Under the pieces are notes generated by a model. That model made no database searches. It was not told the origin of the DNA and saw nothing but the letters and a program-made list of their open reading frames with translations. The translations under genes were made by a program, and so were the position numbers. Below, piece by piece: positions 41,582 to 51,831 of a stretch of DNA of 64,000 nt. The stretch covers positions 45,311 through 109,310 of the forward strand of contig CALEDJ010000015.1 of NCBI GenBank assembly GCA_937951485.1, in the 5' to 3' direction. The DNA comes from an uncultured bacterium (GTDB taxonomy: Bacteria; Hydrogenedentota; Hydrogenedentia; Hydrogenedentales; CAILVY01). Within the stretch, counting starts at the first letter, position 1, and every line of letters begins with the position of its first letter.

Positions 41582-43648
41582 ATGACACGTTCTCTTGGCG
41601 ACAAAGAACACAACGGCAACAAGGCAGCCAATCCGCTCCGATTCATGACTGATCCGGTATCTGCATTTCCGATCAAACGGTCCTGGTATGCGGGAAGTAT
41701 CGCTGAACTGCATAGCGTTTCGGATGATCAAATACTTCTCCATCTGATCAAGGACGATCGGTACGCCATCCTCCCCACCCAGCAAGATGCGTGGGCGGAA
41801 CAGTTGCCTATCCTGCGGGCAGCGCTCTCGGGGTATTCGGGTATGTTGTACTTGGAATATACCATTCCCAGAATGGGGCGCCGGGTGGATGCGGTTGTGT
41901 TGATAGACGGGGTAGTTCTGGTAATCGAGTTTAAGATCGGCGCCCATGAATACCTCGCAAGCGATTTGGATCAAGCCTACGATTATGCTGCCGATCTCAA
42001 GTATTTCCATGAAGGAAGTCACGACTTATCGGTAGTGCCCATCCTTGTTGCGTCACAGGCGCGAGACCGTAATCCAGTGGTCCATCCGCACCCCACAGTG
42101 CGGGGATTATATAAGCCGATTTGCACCAATGCGCATGGACTCCGCGCAGTTATTGATCACATATTAGAGAAGGTTCCGAAAGCGTCCATTGATCCCGATG
42201 TATGGGTTTCGGCCCGCTATGCTCCCACTCCTACTATTGTCGAGGCAGCGCGCGCCCTTTATGCCGGCCACAACGTGGCAGACATCTCCCGCAGTGATGC
42301 GGGCGCCAAGAATCTGCACGAAACATCGGATCGTCTGGCCGGGATCATCGAAGAGTCGCGCAGTCTGAAGAAGAAGGCTGTGTGCTTTGTGACCGGTGTG
42401 CCGGGAGCGGGTAAAACCCTGGTGGGATTGAACATTGCCACGAAGTACAACGACTCCGAAAACGATTTGCACAGTGTCTTTCTTTCCGGCAATGGGCCTC
42501 TGGTGGCAATACTTCGTGAGGCATTGGCCCGCGACAGTGTCCAGCGGGAACGCGAGCAGGGGCGCAGAATCCGTAAGGGGGATGCTGCAACGCAAGTGAA
42601 GGCGTTCATTCAAAATGTTCATCATTTCCGTGATGAGTGCATCCGGGATGCGCACCGTCCACCGGTGGATCACGTAGCACTATTCGATGAGGCACAGCGT
42701 GCGTGGGACAAGGAACAGACCGCCTCATTTATGCGACGAAAAAAGAGATTGGGCGGCTTCAATATTTCTGAGCCGGAATACCTGATATCATGTATGGATC
42801 GTCACGGGGATTGGGCCGTTGTAGTGTGCCTGGTTGGCGGCGGCCAGGAAATCAATACCGGTGAAGCAGGCATTGGGGAATGGATTGAGGCTGTTCGCCG
42901 ATCTTTCGGGCACTGGCACCTGCACATATCACCGCACCTGACTGACAGCGAGTATGGCGCCGGGCGCATCCTTGAGGAGATTAAGGAATTGCCGCATGTG
43001 CATTACCAGGAAGACTTGCATCTTGGCGTTTCCATGCGTTCATTTCGGTCGGAGCACGTTTCAGGTTTCGTTAAAAAAGTCCTGGACTGTGAAGTATGCG
43101 GTGCACGCGGATTGCTGCAGGAATTGAAGCCACGATATCCCCTTGTTCTAACCCGCAACCTCGATCATGCAAAACAGTGGCTGCGTGATCACGCCAGTGG
43201 CAACGAACGGTATGGGATTGTGGTTTCATCCCAGGCGGAACGCCTGAAACCATATGCGATTGATGTGCGTAGTCCTGTGAATCCTGTGAAATGGTTCCTG
43301 GATGGGAAAAATGATGTTCGTTCGTCATACTATCTGGAAGATGTGGCCACGGAGTTCCACGTGCAGGGTCTTGAACTGGATTGGGTGTGTGTTTCGTGGG
43401 ATGGTGACTTTCGGCACGATAAGAGCGGATGGCAGTATTTTTCTTTTCGTGGCACGAAATGGCAGAGAATCAAAAAAGAAGCGCGGAAAAAATATCTTAA
43501 AAATGCTTATCGCGTGCTGCTGACCCGCGCGCGCCAGGGAATGGTGATATTTGTTCCGGAAGGGTCTTCCAGCGATCCCACCAGAGTCCCGGACTATTAT
43601 GATTCTACTTATTCCTACCTGCGGGAAATTGGCGTTCCAGAACTATGA
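41582..43648 (+). CDS. PD-(D/E)xK (NERD-like) nuclease domain fused to a DUF2075 / Schlafen-group-3-like P-loop NTPase (helicase-like); candidate defense protein
   Basis: N-terminal nuclease core ..RRVDAVVLIDGVVLVIEFK (D...ExK). Central Walker A CFVTGVPGAGKTLVGLNIA and Walker B-like VALFDEAQRAW; 688 aa. GC about 52% against about 63% elsewhere. Adjacent to tRNA-Arg. Confidence 0.7.
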   Translation: MTRSLGDKEHNGNKAANPLRFMTDPVSAFPIKRSWYAGSIAELHSVSDDQILLHLIKDDRYAILPTQQDAWAEQLPILRAALSGYSGMLYLEYTIPRMGRRVDAVVLIDGVVLVIEFKIGAHEYLASDLDQAYDYAADLKYFHEGSHDLSVVPILVASQARDRNPVVHPHPTVRGLYKPICTNAHGLRAVIDHILEKVPKASIDPDVWVSARYAPTPTIVEAARALYAGHNVADISRSDAGAKNLHETSDRLAGIIEESRSLKKKAVCFVTGVPGAGKTLVGLNIATKYNDSENDLHSVFLSGNGPLVAILREALARDSVQREREQGRRIRKGDAATQVKAFIQNVHHFRDECIRDAHRPPVDHVALFDEAQRAWDKEQTASFMRRKKRLGGFNISEPEYLISCMDRHGDWAVVVCLVGGGQEINTGEAGIGEWIEAVRRSFGHWHLHISPHLTDSEYGAGRILEEIKELPHVHYQEDLHLGVSMRSFRSEHVSGFVKKVLDCEVCGARGLLQELKPRYPLVLTRNLDHAKQWLRDHASGNERYGIVVSSQAERLKPYAIDVRSPVNPVKWFLDGKNDVRSSYYLEDVATEFHVQGLELDWVCVSWDGDFRHDKSGWQYFSFRGTKWQRIKKEARKKYLKNAYRVLLTRARQGMVIFVPEGSSSDPTRVPDYYDSTYSYLREIGVPEL

Positions 43649-43669
43649 TGACACCAGGCATTGATTGTG

Positions 43670-45250
43670 TCATTCGGTTTCCCAGAGATGCGCAATAAGC
43701 GGGTCGTATTTGCCGAGGTGCATGTTGAGGATGGTGCGGGATCGGCGGCGGCTCCAGATGGGGTCACGGGTGATGGTGCGCAGGTGCGCGTAGTATGCCG
43801 CGAGTTGTTCGTCCTCCAATTGAATGTCCTCTGAAAGGACTGATTCAAGGTATCCCAGCGGCAGATTGCGGCGAAAATGCCCTATGACCCAGTGGTTGCG
43901 ATCCGGGATGGGCCAGCGCGCCAGAAGAGGATCGCATATGCCCATGATGTCCACAAAATGGACTTTCGGCCCGGCATGATAAGGGCCGACGCCCGCCGCG
44001 ATGGTGCTTTGCACAACAGACGCATCCGATTCGCGGATGAGTCTCCCGGCATTCTCGCGTCCGCGAAATACCGCCACCGAGATGTTTTCCTGGTCGTCGC
44101 ATGCACTGAACAGACCGAGCGCCGGATAGGAAAACAGGCGTTCGTTGCGAATCTGAATGCCTTCAAGAAACATTTCGGGCGTGGCATCACACCCGAAACG
44201 GGGTCCGCTCAGGAGAGGCGGATGGGTCGCGATCATGCCCGTGGCGCATGCGCCGATCATGGCGGAGAGCCAGCAACGTCGATCGGTCAGACGGGGCGCG
44301 CGGATGAGCAATGTCACGGCCAGAAGGAACGGAGTGGTGAGAAATCGCCCCGACATGAAGTCGCCGCCGATGCGCACCACGTAAGCCAGGTAGAGCAGGA
44401 TGCTGAAGGCGATGCCGAGGGACTTGCTGTCACGCGCTGAGAAGGCGTAGAAAAGGGCGGCGGCGCAAATTGCCGGCGTCAAGAGATCGTGGTGGAGCGA
44501 ATGGGCGAGATATCGAAGTCCCTGCGCCATCAAAGACATTGCCGGAACGCCCGCGCCGAGTTTGGCATAGGCCGTGTTGGGAATGAGGAAGCCGTAGTAA
44601 ACAACAGAGAACGTTTCCCAGGCGATCAGTGGAAGCAGTCCCAATGCGCCCCAAGCGGCCACGCGCCATGATCTCATCGCCATGAATTCCGCCAAGAGCA
44701 TCGGCAAATACAGGAGAATGAGATTATGGCGGTTGACGGCGCTCAGGCACGCAATGCACACCAGCAGCGCGAATCGCCCAGGCGTGGTCGGTTCCCGAAA
44801 ATAGACCATGAGAAACAGGGCGGCAAGCAGATGGCTGAGCGGATTTTCCAGGCCGGAAGTTGAAAATTCCACAAAAGCCGTGGAGAAGATGCACAGCAAT
44901 AAACCCAGGACGGCGCCCTGATAACTCCTGGCGATGCGGCAGGCCAACAGCGCCGCAGTCAGCATGCTGACTGCGGTGGAAAACAGGAGCGTGCTGTAAA
45001 ACACCTCTCTCGTCAACGCATGCAGGGGGATCAACGCCAGCATCCAGAGCGGATGCGTATAGGTCTGCACGCGTTCTGCAATGTTCCACCGAAGGCCATG
45101 GCCGTTCAGGAAATTGTCTATTGTCCGGTAAGTGATATATGCATCATCACAAAGCCACGCTGTACGCAGCACCATGACGAGAAACACGAACAGAAGGATG
45201 CCCGGGAAGACTCCGGGCAGAATTGTTTCCTTTCTTTCCCAAGAACTCAT
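43670..45250 (-). CDS. GT-C fold polytopic membrane glycosyltransferase (hypothetical)
   Basis: About 12 TM helices with a DDAYITYR acidic motif in the first extracytoplasmic loop, as in GT-C transferases (ArnT/PMT/arabinofuranosyltransferases). Confidence 0.5.
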   Translation of the reverse strand: MSSWERKETILPGVFPGILLFVFLVMVLRTAWLCDDAYITYRTIDNFLNGHGLRWNIAERVQTYTHPLWMLALIPLHALTREVFYSTLLFSTAVSMLTAALLACRIARSYQGAVLGLLLCIFSTAFVEFSTSGLENPLSHLLAALFLMVYFREPTTPGRFALLVCIACLSAVNRHNLILLYLPMLLAEFMAMRSWRVAAWGALGLLPLIAWETFSVVYYGFLIPNTAYAKLGAGVPAMSLMAQGLRYLAHSLHHDLLTPAICAAALFYAFSARDSKSLGIAFSILLYLAYVVRIGGDFMSGRFLTTPFLLAVTLLIRAPRLTDRRCWLSAMIGACATGMIATHPPLLSGPRFGCDATPEMFLEGIQIRNERLFSYPALGLFSACDDQENISVAVFRGRENAGRLIRESDASVVQSTIAAGVGPYHAGPKVHFVDIMGICDPLLARWPIPDRNHWVIGHFRRNLPLGYLESVLSEDIQLEDEQLAAYYAHLRTITRDPIWSRRRSRTILNMHLGKYDPLIAHLWETE

Positions 45251-45494
45251 GGGGACATGGTAAGTATCCTGCAGGGTACCTGCAAATCATCTGAATATGA
45301 AGACCGACGGGGCTCGGAAGTTTACTGACTTGAACTGATTCCACTTCGCAATTGGCAGGCATAGTTAAAGCATGTTGCACCGGGCTGGGGGAAGCGGATA
45401 AGATGCGTGCCATCGCATGGGAGAGGACTGAATCAGGCGTTGCACAGCGGGAGCGCAGCCGATCCGGCGGCTTGACGCTGCAACGGGGGAAAGA

Positions 45495-48167
45495 ATGCAG
45501 GTCGAAGAGGCGTTTGAACGGTTTTTCGGCAACGGCGTTGCGCCGGTCCACGGCGGCGAGTATGGGGATGGCAACTTTGGCCGGTGGATTACCGACGGGG
45601 ATGGCAATCCTGCCTATCTCTATGAGTGGAATGACCCCGAGGCAGACCACTGGCACATGCTGGGCAATGATCGTATTGTGGCAACGGCGCACAGCGGCGG
45701 CCATGTGCAACTCTATGATTGGACGCGCGGCGGCAAAGTGGTCAACTGGCACGCCCCGCGTCGCGGGGCAAACGCCGGCGGCTTCAAGTTTGTCCAGACC
45801 CGCGCGGATACGTGGTGCACTCATTGGTCACGGCTGCCGCAAGGCGCGGGACTCCGGCGCGTCTTCGGCATGGGTTATTTCGAGAAGGCGTCACGGCATG
45901 CAGACCTGGAGGTGGTGGAGCGCATCGAGGCGCCTGCGGGCGATGACCCCGTGTTGCTTTCCACGACGGCAGTGCGAAACTATGCCGCGGCAACGCGGGA
46001 GATTGTGTTGGTGGAGTATTGGGGGGCGCGGCTGCACCAGTTGACGCCGGCGCCGGTGATGACCCACGGCCTGCACCGCTTTTGGGAATGGCGGCGCGAC
46101 CGGCTCAATCGGCGTTTCCGGGTCCACGCCGAGTGGGACGCGGCCTTGGCCGCCATCCGGATAGTTCACCGCCATGCATCCTGGCGCGGAACACAGCACC
46201 CCGCGTGCCCGACCTTGTACGACCAGCATCCCAAACAGATTTTTCTGGCCGCTCTCGACCCGCTTCCGGGCGGTTATCGAGGATTTATTGCAGACCCCGC
46301 CCGTTTTTTCCGCGATAATGATCATGCGGCGGCGTCCGCCATGGACGGTACGATGGACGGCGCGTTGCTATCCCCGCAACGCGCGCATCGGCGCGGCGCG
46401 ATTCTCGCGTTTCGCCGGATATTCCGACTCGCTCCGGGAGAAGAAATACGGTTCCGCTATCTGTACGGCTGCGCGGATGGGGAATGCGTCCCTGACCTGG
46501 TCGAGCGATACCGTCAACCAAGAGAGACGCCGCCACAACCTACGCTGGAACTGCACACGCCGGAAGATGCATGGCTGACACGCGAGTTGCGCTGGCACGC
46601 CCATTATCTGCAAGCGGGGTCGTTGTATTCCGATTTTTTCCAAACGCACTTCGTGGATCAGGGCAGCGCCTATGGATACCTTCAGGGCGCATCGGGGGCG
46701 CCGCGCGACTTCTGCCTCTTTGCGTTGCCGCTCGTCTATCTGCGCCCCGACCTCGCCAAGGACATCCTGCGGATGCTGATGCGGGCGCAACGCGCGGGAA
46801 CAGGGGCATTTCCCTATGCCTTCATCGGGCATGGGAAAACCACCGGGGCGTTGGTCCACAGCCGCAGCAGCGACCTTGATCTTTTCTTTTTCTGGGCGCT
46901 GGCTGAATATCTCGGCGCGACGCGGGATTTGGCGTTTTTTGACGAAATGCTTCCTTATTACCCGCCCAATTCAGGACGGAAGGGCACCGTGCTGGAACAT
47001 GTTCATGCTGCGTTCAGGCATCTTGCTCAGCACATAGGATTGGGGCCGCACGGCCTCATCCGGTGCGGCACAGGCGATTGGAACGACCTGCTCATCGGTC
47101 TTTCCCGTTTCTCCCCGTGGATGATTCTCCGGGGCGAATCGGCGTTGAATGCGGGACTGGCCACGCTGGCCCTGCCGGCCTTGGCCGATGCCATCGAGGC
47201 GAAAGATGCCGACTTCGCGGCGGCATTGCGCGCATTTGCGGAGGGGCAGTCGCGCGCGCTGCGCAGTCTGTGGACCGGACAATGGGTCGCACGCGGCTAC
47301 CGGGGACACGGAGACGCGATGCTTGGTCGCGACAATCTCTTCCTGGACGCGCAAGCCTTCGGCGTACTGGGCGGGGTATGGCGATCCAAGGAAGCGCATA
47401 CGCTGTTTGAGGCGATACGACGCTTGTGCGTGGCGCCGGAGGCGGCTGGCGCACGATGCCTGTGGCCGCCGTTCAAAGGGCCGATGCTGGAACCGGGGTC
47501 CGACACCAACGGCGGTACGTGGGCGGCGGTGGACGCCTGGACGGCATGGGCGTGGGCGACAGTGCAGCCGGAAGCGGCTTGGCGTTTTTACCTGCGAACA
47601 ACTTTGGCGGCGCATGCCGAGGCCTATCCGGATATCTGGTACGGCATCTGGTCCGGGCCGGACACTTACAACGCTTCGTACCACCCGCGCCCGGGTGAAA
47701 CCTTCGATGTGGGCGTCACGCCGATGACGCTGTTTCCCGTGATGAACATGAACCGGCATGCATGCCCGCTGTTCGATGCGATCAAACTGGCGGGAATCCA
47801 TCCCTGTGGCGGGCGCATTGTCATTGACCCGCTGATGCCCTTCGATTCATTCGCACTGCGGCTGCCGATCATCGGCGCAGCATATCTTCCCGGCAGGCAT
47901 CGCGGGTATTACGCGCCGGTAGTGTCCGGCATGTTTTCCTTTTCGGTGCGCCCGCCAGCCGGGCTGAGCGCAACGGCGGCGCGCCTGGAAGTGAACGGCG
48001 TGGAAGTGACGTTTGAATCCGACGGCAACGGCATGCTGCTATTCCAGGCGTTCGGGGAACCGGGAAAACGGGTCTGCTGGGAAATCACAGCGCGGGACAG
48101 TGTCGTCCGGAATAAGTTGTTACGTAATTCAAAGGCTATACCTGACACGCCTGGAGAATCCTTTTGA
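45495..48167 (+). CDS. Large (alpha/alpha)6-barrel glycoside hydrolase / glycoside phosphorylase-like protein (GH94/GH15-like fold)
   Basis: 890 aa. GTGDWNDLL motif of the kind seen in glucoamylase-fold catalytic domains. No signal peptide. Confidence 0.5.
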   Translation: MQVEEAFERFFGNGVAPVHGGEYGDGNFGRWITDGDGNPAYLYEWNDPEADHWHMLGNDRIVATAHSGGHVQLYDWTRGGKVVNWHAPRRGANAGGFKFVQTRADTWCTHWSRLPQGAGLRRVFGMGYFEKASRHADLEVVERIEAPAGDDPVLLSTTAVRNYAAATREIVLVEYWGARLHQLTPAPVMTHGLHRFWEWRRDRLNRRFRVHAEWDAALAAIRIVHRHASWRGTQHPACPTLYDQHPKQIFLAALDPLPGGYRGFIADPARFFRDNDHAAASAMDGTMDGALLSPQRAHRRGAILAFRRIFRLAPGEEIRFRYLYGCADGECVPDLVERYRQPRETPPQPTLELHTPEDAWLTRELRWHAHYLQAGSLYSDFFQTHFVDQGSAYGYLQGASGAPRDFCLFALPLVYLRPDLAKDILRMLMRAQRAGTGAFPYAFIGHGKTTGALVHSRSSDLDLFFFWALAEYLGATRDLAFFDEMLPYYPPNSGRKGTVLEHVHAAFRHLAQHIGLGPHGLIRCGTGDWNDLLIGLSRFSPWMILRGESALNAGLATLALPALADAIEAKDADFAAALRAFAEGQSRALRSLWTGQWVARGYRGHGDAMLGRDNLFLDAQAFGVLGGVWRSKEAHTLFEAIRRLCVAPEAAGARCLWPPFKGPMLEPGSDTNGGTWAAVDAWTAWAWATVQPEAAWRFYLRTTLAAHAEAYPDIWYGIWSGPDTYNASYHPRPGETFDVGVTPMTLFPVMNMNRHACPLFDAIKLAGIHPCGGRIVIDPLMPFDSFALRLPIIGAAYLPGRHRGYYAPVVSGMFSFSVRPPAGLSATAARLEVNGVEVTFESDGNGMLLFQAFGEPGKRVCWEITARDSVVRNKLLRNSKAIPDTPGESF

Positions 48168-48256
48168 ATCAAGTTGATTTCATGGGCTTTTCCTATGCGC
48201 AAAGGTCCTCGTGGGAATTCCTGACACATCATTGCCCTTGTTCCAAGGTATTCCGT

Positions 48257-48316
48257 TTTGTCCCCCTCACCCCACCCCTCTCCCGCTGGGAGAGGGGTGG
48301 GGTGAGGGGGACAAAG
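48257..48316. repeat. Perfect 28-bp-arm inverted repeat (C-rich arm / G-rich arm, 4-nt loop GCTG) between convergent genes
   Basis: TTTGTCCCCCTCACCCCACCCCTCTCCC-GCTG-GGGAGAGGGGTGGGGTGAGGGGGACAAA. Likely a bidirectional terminator or REP-like element. The G-rich arm has four G3+ runs. Confidence 0.7.
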
Positions 48317-48418
48317 CAACACAATCAAAGGCTTTTCTCAGCGCCAAGAATATTTCGGGCGGCACGGGGGGAAGGAAAAAGAACTGACACCGCGCCGATG
48401 GCATATGACGCAAAGAAA

Positions 48419-49138
48419 CTATGCCTTTGTCGTCTGCGCAATCTTTTTTGGCGCTTCCGGCGACGGCAGGTCGGACATCCGGGTGACCGTGAAGCGGTCC
48501 GGGGAGATAATCCCCACCGACACCACCATCCGCACCGCTTCCTCCACGCTCATCTGGCACTGGAGCACGTCTTCCGGTTTGCACAGCAAATACAAGCCCA
48601 CGGAGATGTTGGGCGCGGTGGGCATGAATATTTTGTAAAACAGCCGTCCCTCAGGGTCGCGAATGGTTCCTGTGAGAAACCCCACGGCCCGCATGCCCGG
48701 ATAGGGGAACTCCACAAATACCGCGGCCTTCATGTTGTTGTCGCCTCTCTGGAAGGACACCGTCTCCACGATCTGCTTGGTGGACCCATATACCGTCGCC
48801 ACCAGGGGAATCCGCTGGATGATGGCTTCCGCCAGACCGATGAGGCGGCGGCCCACAACGGCCGTGGCCACCACGCCGACGACGTACAGCAGCGCGAAAA
48901 AGAGGACGATGGAAACCAGGGGAATGGCGTAGTCGGGAAGCCGTCCAAGCCATATGCCGGCATAGCGGCTTATTCTGCCGACCGTGAAATTATAAAGAAA
49001 ATTGACGACGAGCGCGGTGATGCCCACTGGAACGATCACCACAAACCCGGAAATCAGCCTGCTGCGGATGGTTTGCTTTATCTGCATCCACAGACCAGGT
49101 TGCTTTCCTTTTTTCTTTTTCGCTCGTTGGTTCTTCAT
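48419..49138 (-). CDS. DUF502-family membrane protein
   Basis: Two N-terminal TM helices, then the conserved IPLVxxVYGSTKQ motif. GGAGA RBS. Translationally coupled to the upstream paralog. Confidence 0.7.
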   Translation of the reverse strand: MKNQRAKKKKGKQPGLWMQIKQTIRSRLISGFVVIVPVGITALVVNFLYNFTVGRISRYAGIWLGRLPDYAIPLVSIVLFFALLYVVGVVATAVVGRRLIGLAEAIIQRIPLVATVYGSTKQIVETVSFQRGDNNMKAAVFVEFPYPGMRAVGFLTGTIRDPEGRLFYKIFMPTAPNISVGLYLLCKPEDVLQCQMSVEEAVRMVVSVGIISPDRFTVTRMSDLPSPEAPKKIAQTTKA

Positions 49139-49863
49139 GGAGTCTCCGTCACGCGTTTGCCATAGTGACTTTTCTCCGGAGTATTGATTTCCCGTGGTCG
49201 CGCGGTGGCTGTGGCGTCTGCTTCCCTGGCCGGGGTCATGACCAACTCAGGAGGGGCAATAATGCCCGCCGACATCAGCATCTTCACGGCATCTTCCACA
49301 GAAAGGTCCGCATGATACACGAATCTGGGATTCAGCACCTGCAGATAACCGCTGGTGGGATTGGGCGTTGTCGGCACAAAAACCTTGTAACATTCCCCTT
49401 CGCCGTCAATATGTACCATCCCCGTGACAAAGGCGATGGATTTGACGCCGGGCCGGGGAAAATCCACATAAACCGCTGCCTGGTAGTTGCTGCCCGCATC
49501 CTGCGCCGACACCGTCTGCACCAGTCGTTTTGACGCGCCATATACGGTCTTCACCAACGGAATGCGGTGCAGCAGCGCGTCCATTACGGCGATGAGACGT
49601 CGGCCCACAACGGCCGTCGCCACCACGCCGATGATATAGAGCATGGAAAAGAACAGGAAAACTGACAGCGCAATCACTGCGTATTCCGGCATGGGAAGCC
49701 AGTATTTCTTGATAAACGGCACCAGATGCGCGGCGGTGAAGTTGTAGCAGATGATCAGGACGTAGATCGTTACGCCGAGGGGCACCAACACCAGCAATCC
49801 CCGGATGGAATACATCCGGAAATTGTTCTTGATGCGCAGCAGCAGCGAGGGCTTCTGTTTCAT
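49135..49863 (-). CDS. DUF502-family membrane protein (tandem paralog)
   Basis: Same architecture with an IPLVKTVYGASKR motif. Overlaps the downstream paralog by 4 nt. Confidence 0.7.
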   Translation of the reverse strand: MKQKPSLLLRIKNNFRMYSIRGLLVLVPLGVTIYVLIICYNFTAAHLVPFIKKYWLPMPEYAVIALSVFLFFSMLYIIGVVATAVVGRRLIAVMDALLHRIPLVKTVYGASKRLVQTVSAQDAGSNYQAAVYVDFPRPGVKSIAFVTGMVHIDGEGECYKVFVPTTPNPTSGYLQVLNPRFVYHADLSVEDAVKMLMSAGIIAPPELVMTPAREADATATARPREINTPEKSHYGKRVTETP

Positions 49864-50161
49864 TTTTTCTTCACGCAACAGCCCAACAATGAGGCCGGTC
49901 CCTTGGTAATCGGTCCCGATCCGGCGCGTCCCTTATTATGGCACTCCCGGCGCGCTGGTCTCCGGGAAAGGCCCGACGCCGGTCGGCGGCAATGACAGGC
50001 TCAAGTATATCATGCGCTCGTTTGAGCGCGCGATATCTATCCCCGTTTCAGCGATTCAGTTCCCTGGGCGAGGGCTTTCCCGGTCTTGACCCCCCTGGGG
50101 AATGCTGTTAGGCTTAGACGTTCTGTTTTATTCCGAGACAATCAAATGGAGTGGTTGCGCC

Positions 50162-51781
50162 ATGGCCGGTTTTCAGCCCGTTGACTGGATGATTCTGGTG
50201 TTGTACATGGTCGCCATGGCGGCGATAGGGCCGCTTTGCGCGCGCAGCGGCAGAACCACGGAAGGCTATTTCCTCGGCAGCCGGTCGTTTTCGGGATGGC
50301 TGGTGGGCCTGTCCATGTTCGCAACGTCCATCAGTTCCGTCACGTTCATGGCCTATCCTGCCGACGCCTACAAGACGGCGTACATTCGCTTTGTGCCCTG
50401 TCTGATGCTGCCGTTAGGCGTATTGTTATGTTCCTATATTTTTTTGCCGTTTTATCGTAAGGCGCGGATTATCTCCGCGTTTGAATATCTTGAGAGTCGT
50501 TTCGGTCCGGGCATCCGACTGTATGCGGCGTCCATGTTCGTGTTGGGGCAACTCATCCGCCTCAGCCTCGTGCTTTATCTGGTATCCTTGCTGGTGTATG
50601 AGATGAGCCGCCTGGACCCCATGCTCTGCATCCTGATTGGCGGCGTGGTCACGGCCTTCTACACCATTACGGGCGGCATCAAGGCGGTGCTCTGGACCGA
50701 TTTCATCCAGTCCTTCCTGCTCTGGGGGGGCGGCCTGGTATGCCTGTTGGTTATCGTCTTCAAATTGGAGGGCGGCTTCGGCGAAATCTTCTCCGTGGCC
50801 ATGCGCGACGGCAAATTCATGCTCGGCGACTTGAACAGGGCCACGGGGGAATTGGAGCGCGCCCCATGGGGGTTCGCGTTGTCCGAAAAGACGGTGATCA
50901 TGATGCTGCTGGTGGGGTTGACGGGCTGGATGACGGAATACAGCAGCAATCAGAACGTGATTCAGCGGTTCTGCGCCTCCGCATCGCCGACCGAAGCGCG
51001 CAAGGCCATCTGGATTTGCTGCGTGTGCAGTGTGCCCACGTGGGGATTCTTCATGTTCCTGGGCACCAGCCTCTACGTGTTCTTCCAGGCGTATCCGACG
51101 CCGGAGGCTCAAGCGATGCTTGACGGGACGATGAAGGCCGACCAGATATTGCCGTACTTCGTGGTGCACTATCTGCCGCCGGGCATGTCGGGACTGGTGA
51201 TTGCGGGCGTGCTCGCCGCCGCGATGTCTTCGCTTTCTTCCAGCATCAACGCCGTGTCCGCCATCGGCATCGTGGACATCTACCGCCGCCATGTGATGAA
51301 GGGCAAATCGGACACGCACTATGTTGTCGCCGCGAAATTGATCGCTCTGGGCGCGTCCCTGGTCATGATCGGCGGCGCCATGCTCCTGATGATAGCGGAC
51401 AGCAAGACCATGCAGGACACCGGCGCCAAGATCGGCGCGGTCACCGCCGGCGGCCTGCTCGGTCTGTATTCACTGGGCTTTTTGACCAAACGCGGCGACG
51501 CGCGGGCCGTCGGTGTCGGCATTGTGTGCACGATCCTTTTCTCCCTGTGGATTGCATCCCTGGAAATGGGTTGGATTACGGAAGCGCGCGTGCTGATGCT
51601 GGGTCTCCCGCAGGGATTTGCGTCGTGGTTCGTCAAGCCGATGGACACCTACTACGCCGGCATCTTCGGCAACATCATCATGTTCGTGGTGGGCTATCTG
51701 CTTGGCAGCCTCGTCTTTGTCCGCAAGGGCGACCTGACCAACCTGACCGTGTGGACCCGCGACGGCACACCGGAAGTGTAG
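50162..51781 (+). CDS. Sodium:solute symporter (SSS) family transporter
   Basis: About 13 TM segments. N-terminal MAGFQPVDWMILVLYMVAMAAIG...GYFLGSRSFSGWLVGLSMFATSISSVTFMAYPADAYK matches the SSF signature region. Confidence 0.85.
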   Translation: MAGFQPVDWMILVLYMVAMAAIGPLCARSGRTTEGYFLGSRSFSGWLVGLSMFATSISSVTFMAYPADAYKTAYIRFVPCLMLPLGVLLCSYIFLPFYRKARIISAFEYLESRFGPGIRLYAASMFVLGQLIRLSLVLYLVSLLVYEMSRLDPMLCILIGGVVTAFYTITGGIKAVLWTDFIQSFLLWGGGLVCLLVIVFKLEGGFGEIFSVAMRDGKFMLGDLNRATGELERAPWGFALSEKTVIMMLLVGLTGWMTEYSSNQNVIQRFCASASPTEARKAIWICCVCSVPTWGFFMFLGTSLYVFFQAYPTPEAQAMLDGTMKADQILPYFVVHYLPPGMSGLVIAGVLAAAMSSLSSSINAVSAIGIVDIYRRHVMKGKSDTHYVVAAKLIALGASLVMIGGAMLLMIADSKTMQDTGAKIGAVTAGGLLGLYSLGFLTKRGDARAVGVGIVCTILFSLWIASLEMGWITEARVLMLGLPQGFASWFVKPMDTYYAGIFGNIIMFVVGYLLGSLVFVRKGDLTNLTVWTRDGTPEV

Positions 51782-51831
51782 TTGCAGGGTGAGTGCAGCG
51801 AAGCGAAACCCATTGCTTGCCTTCGGCGCGA

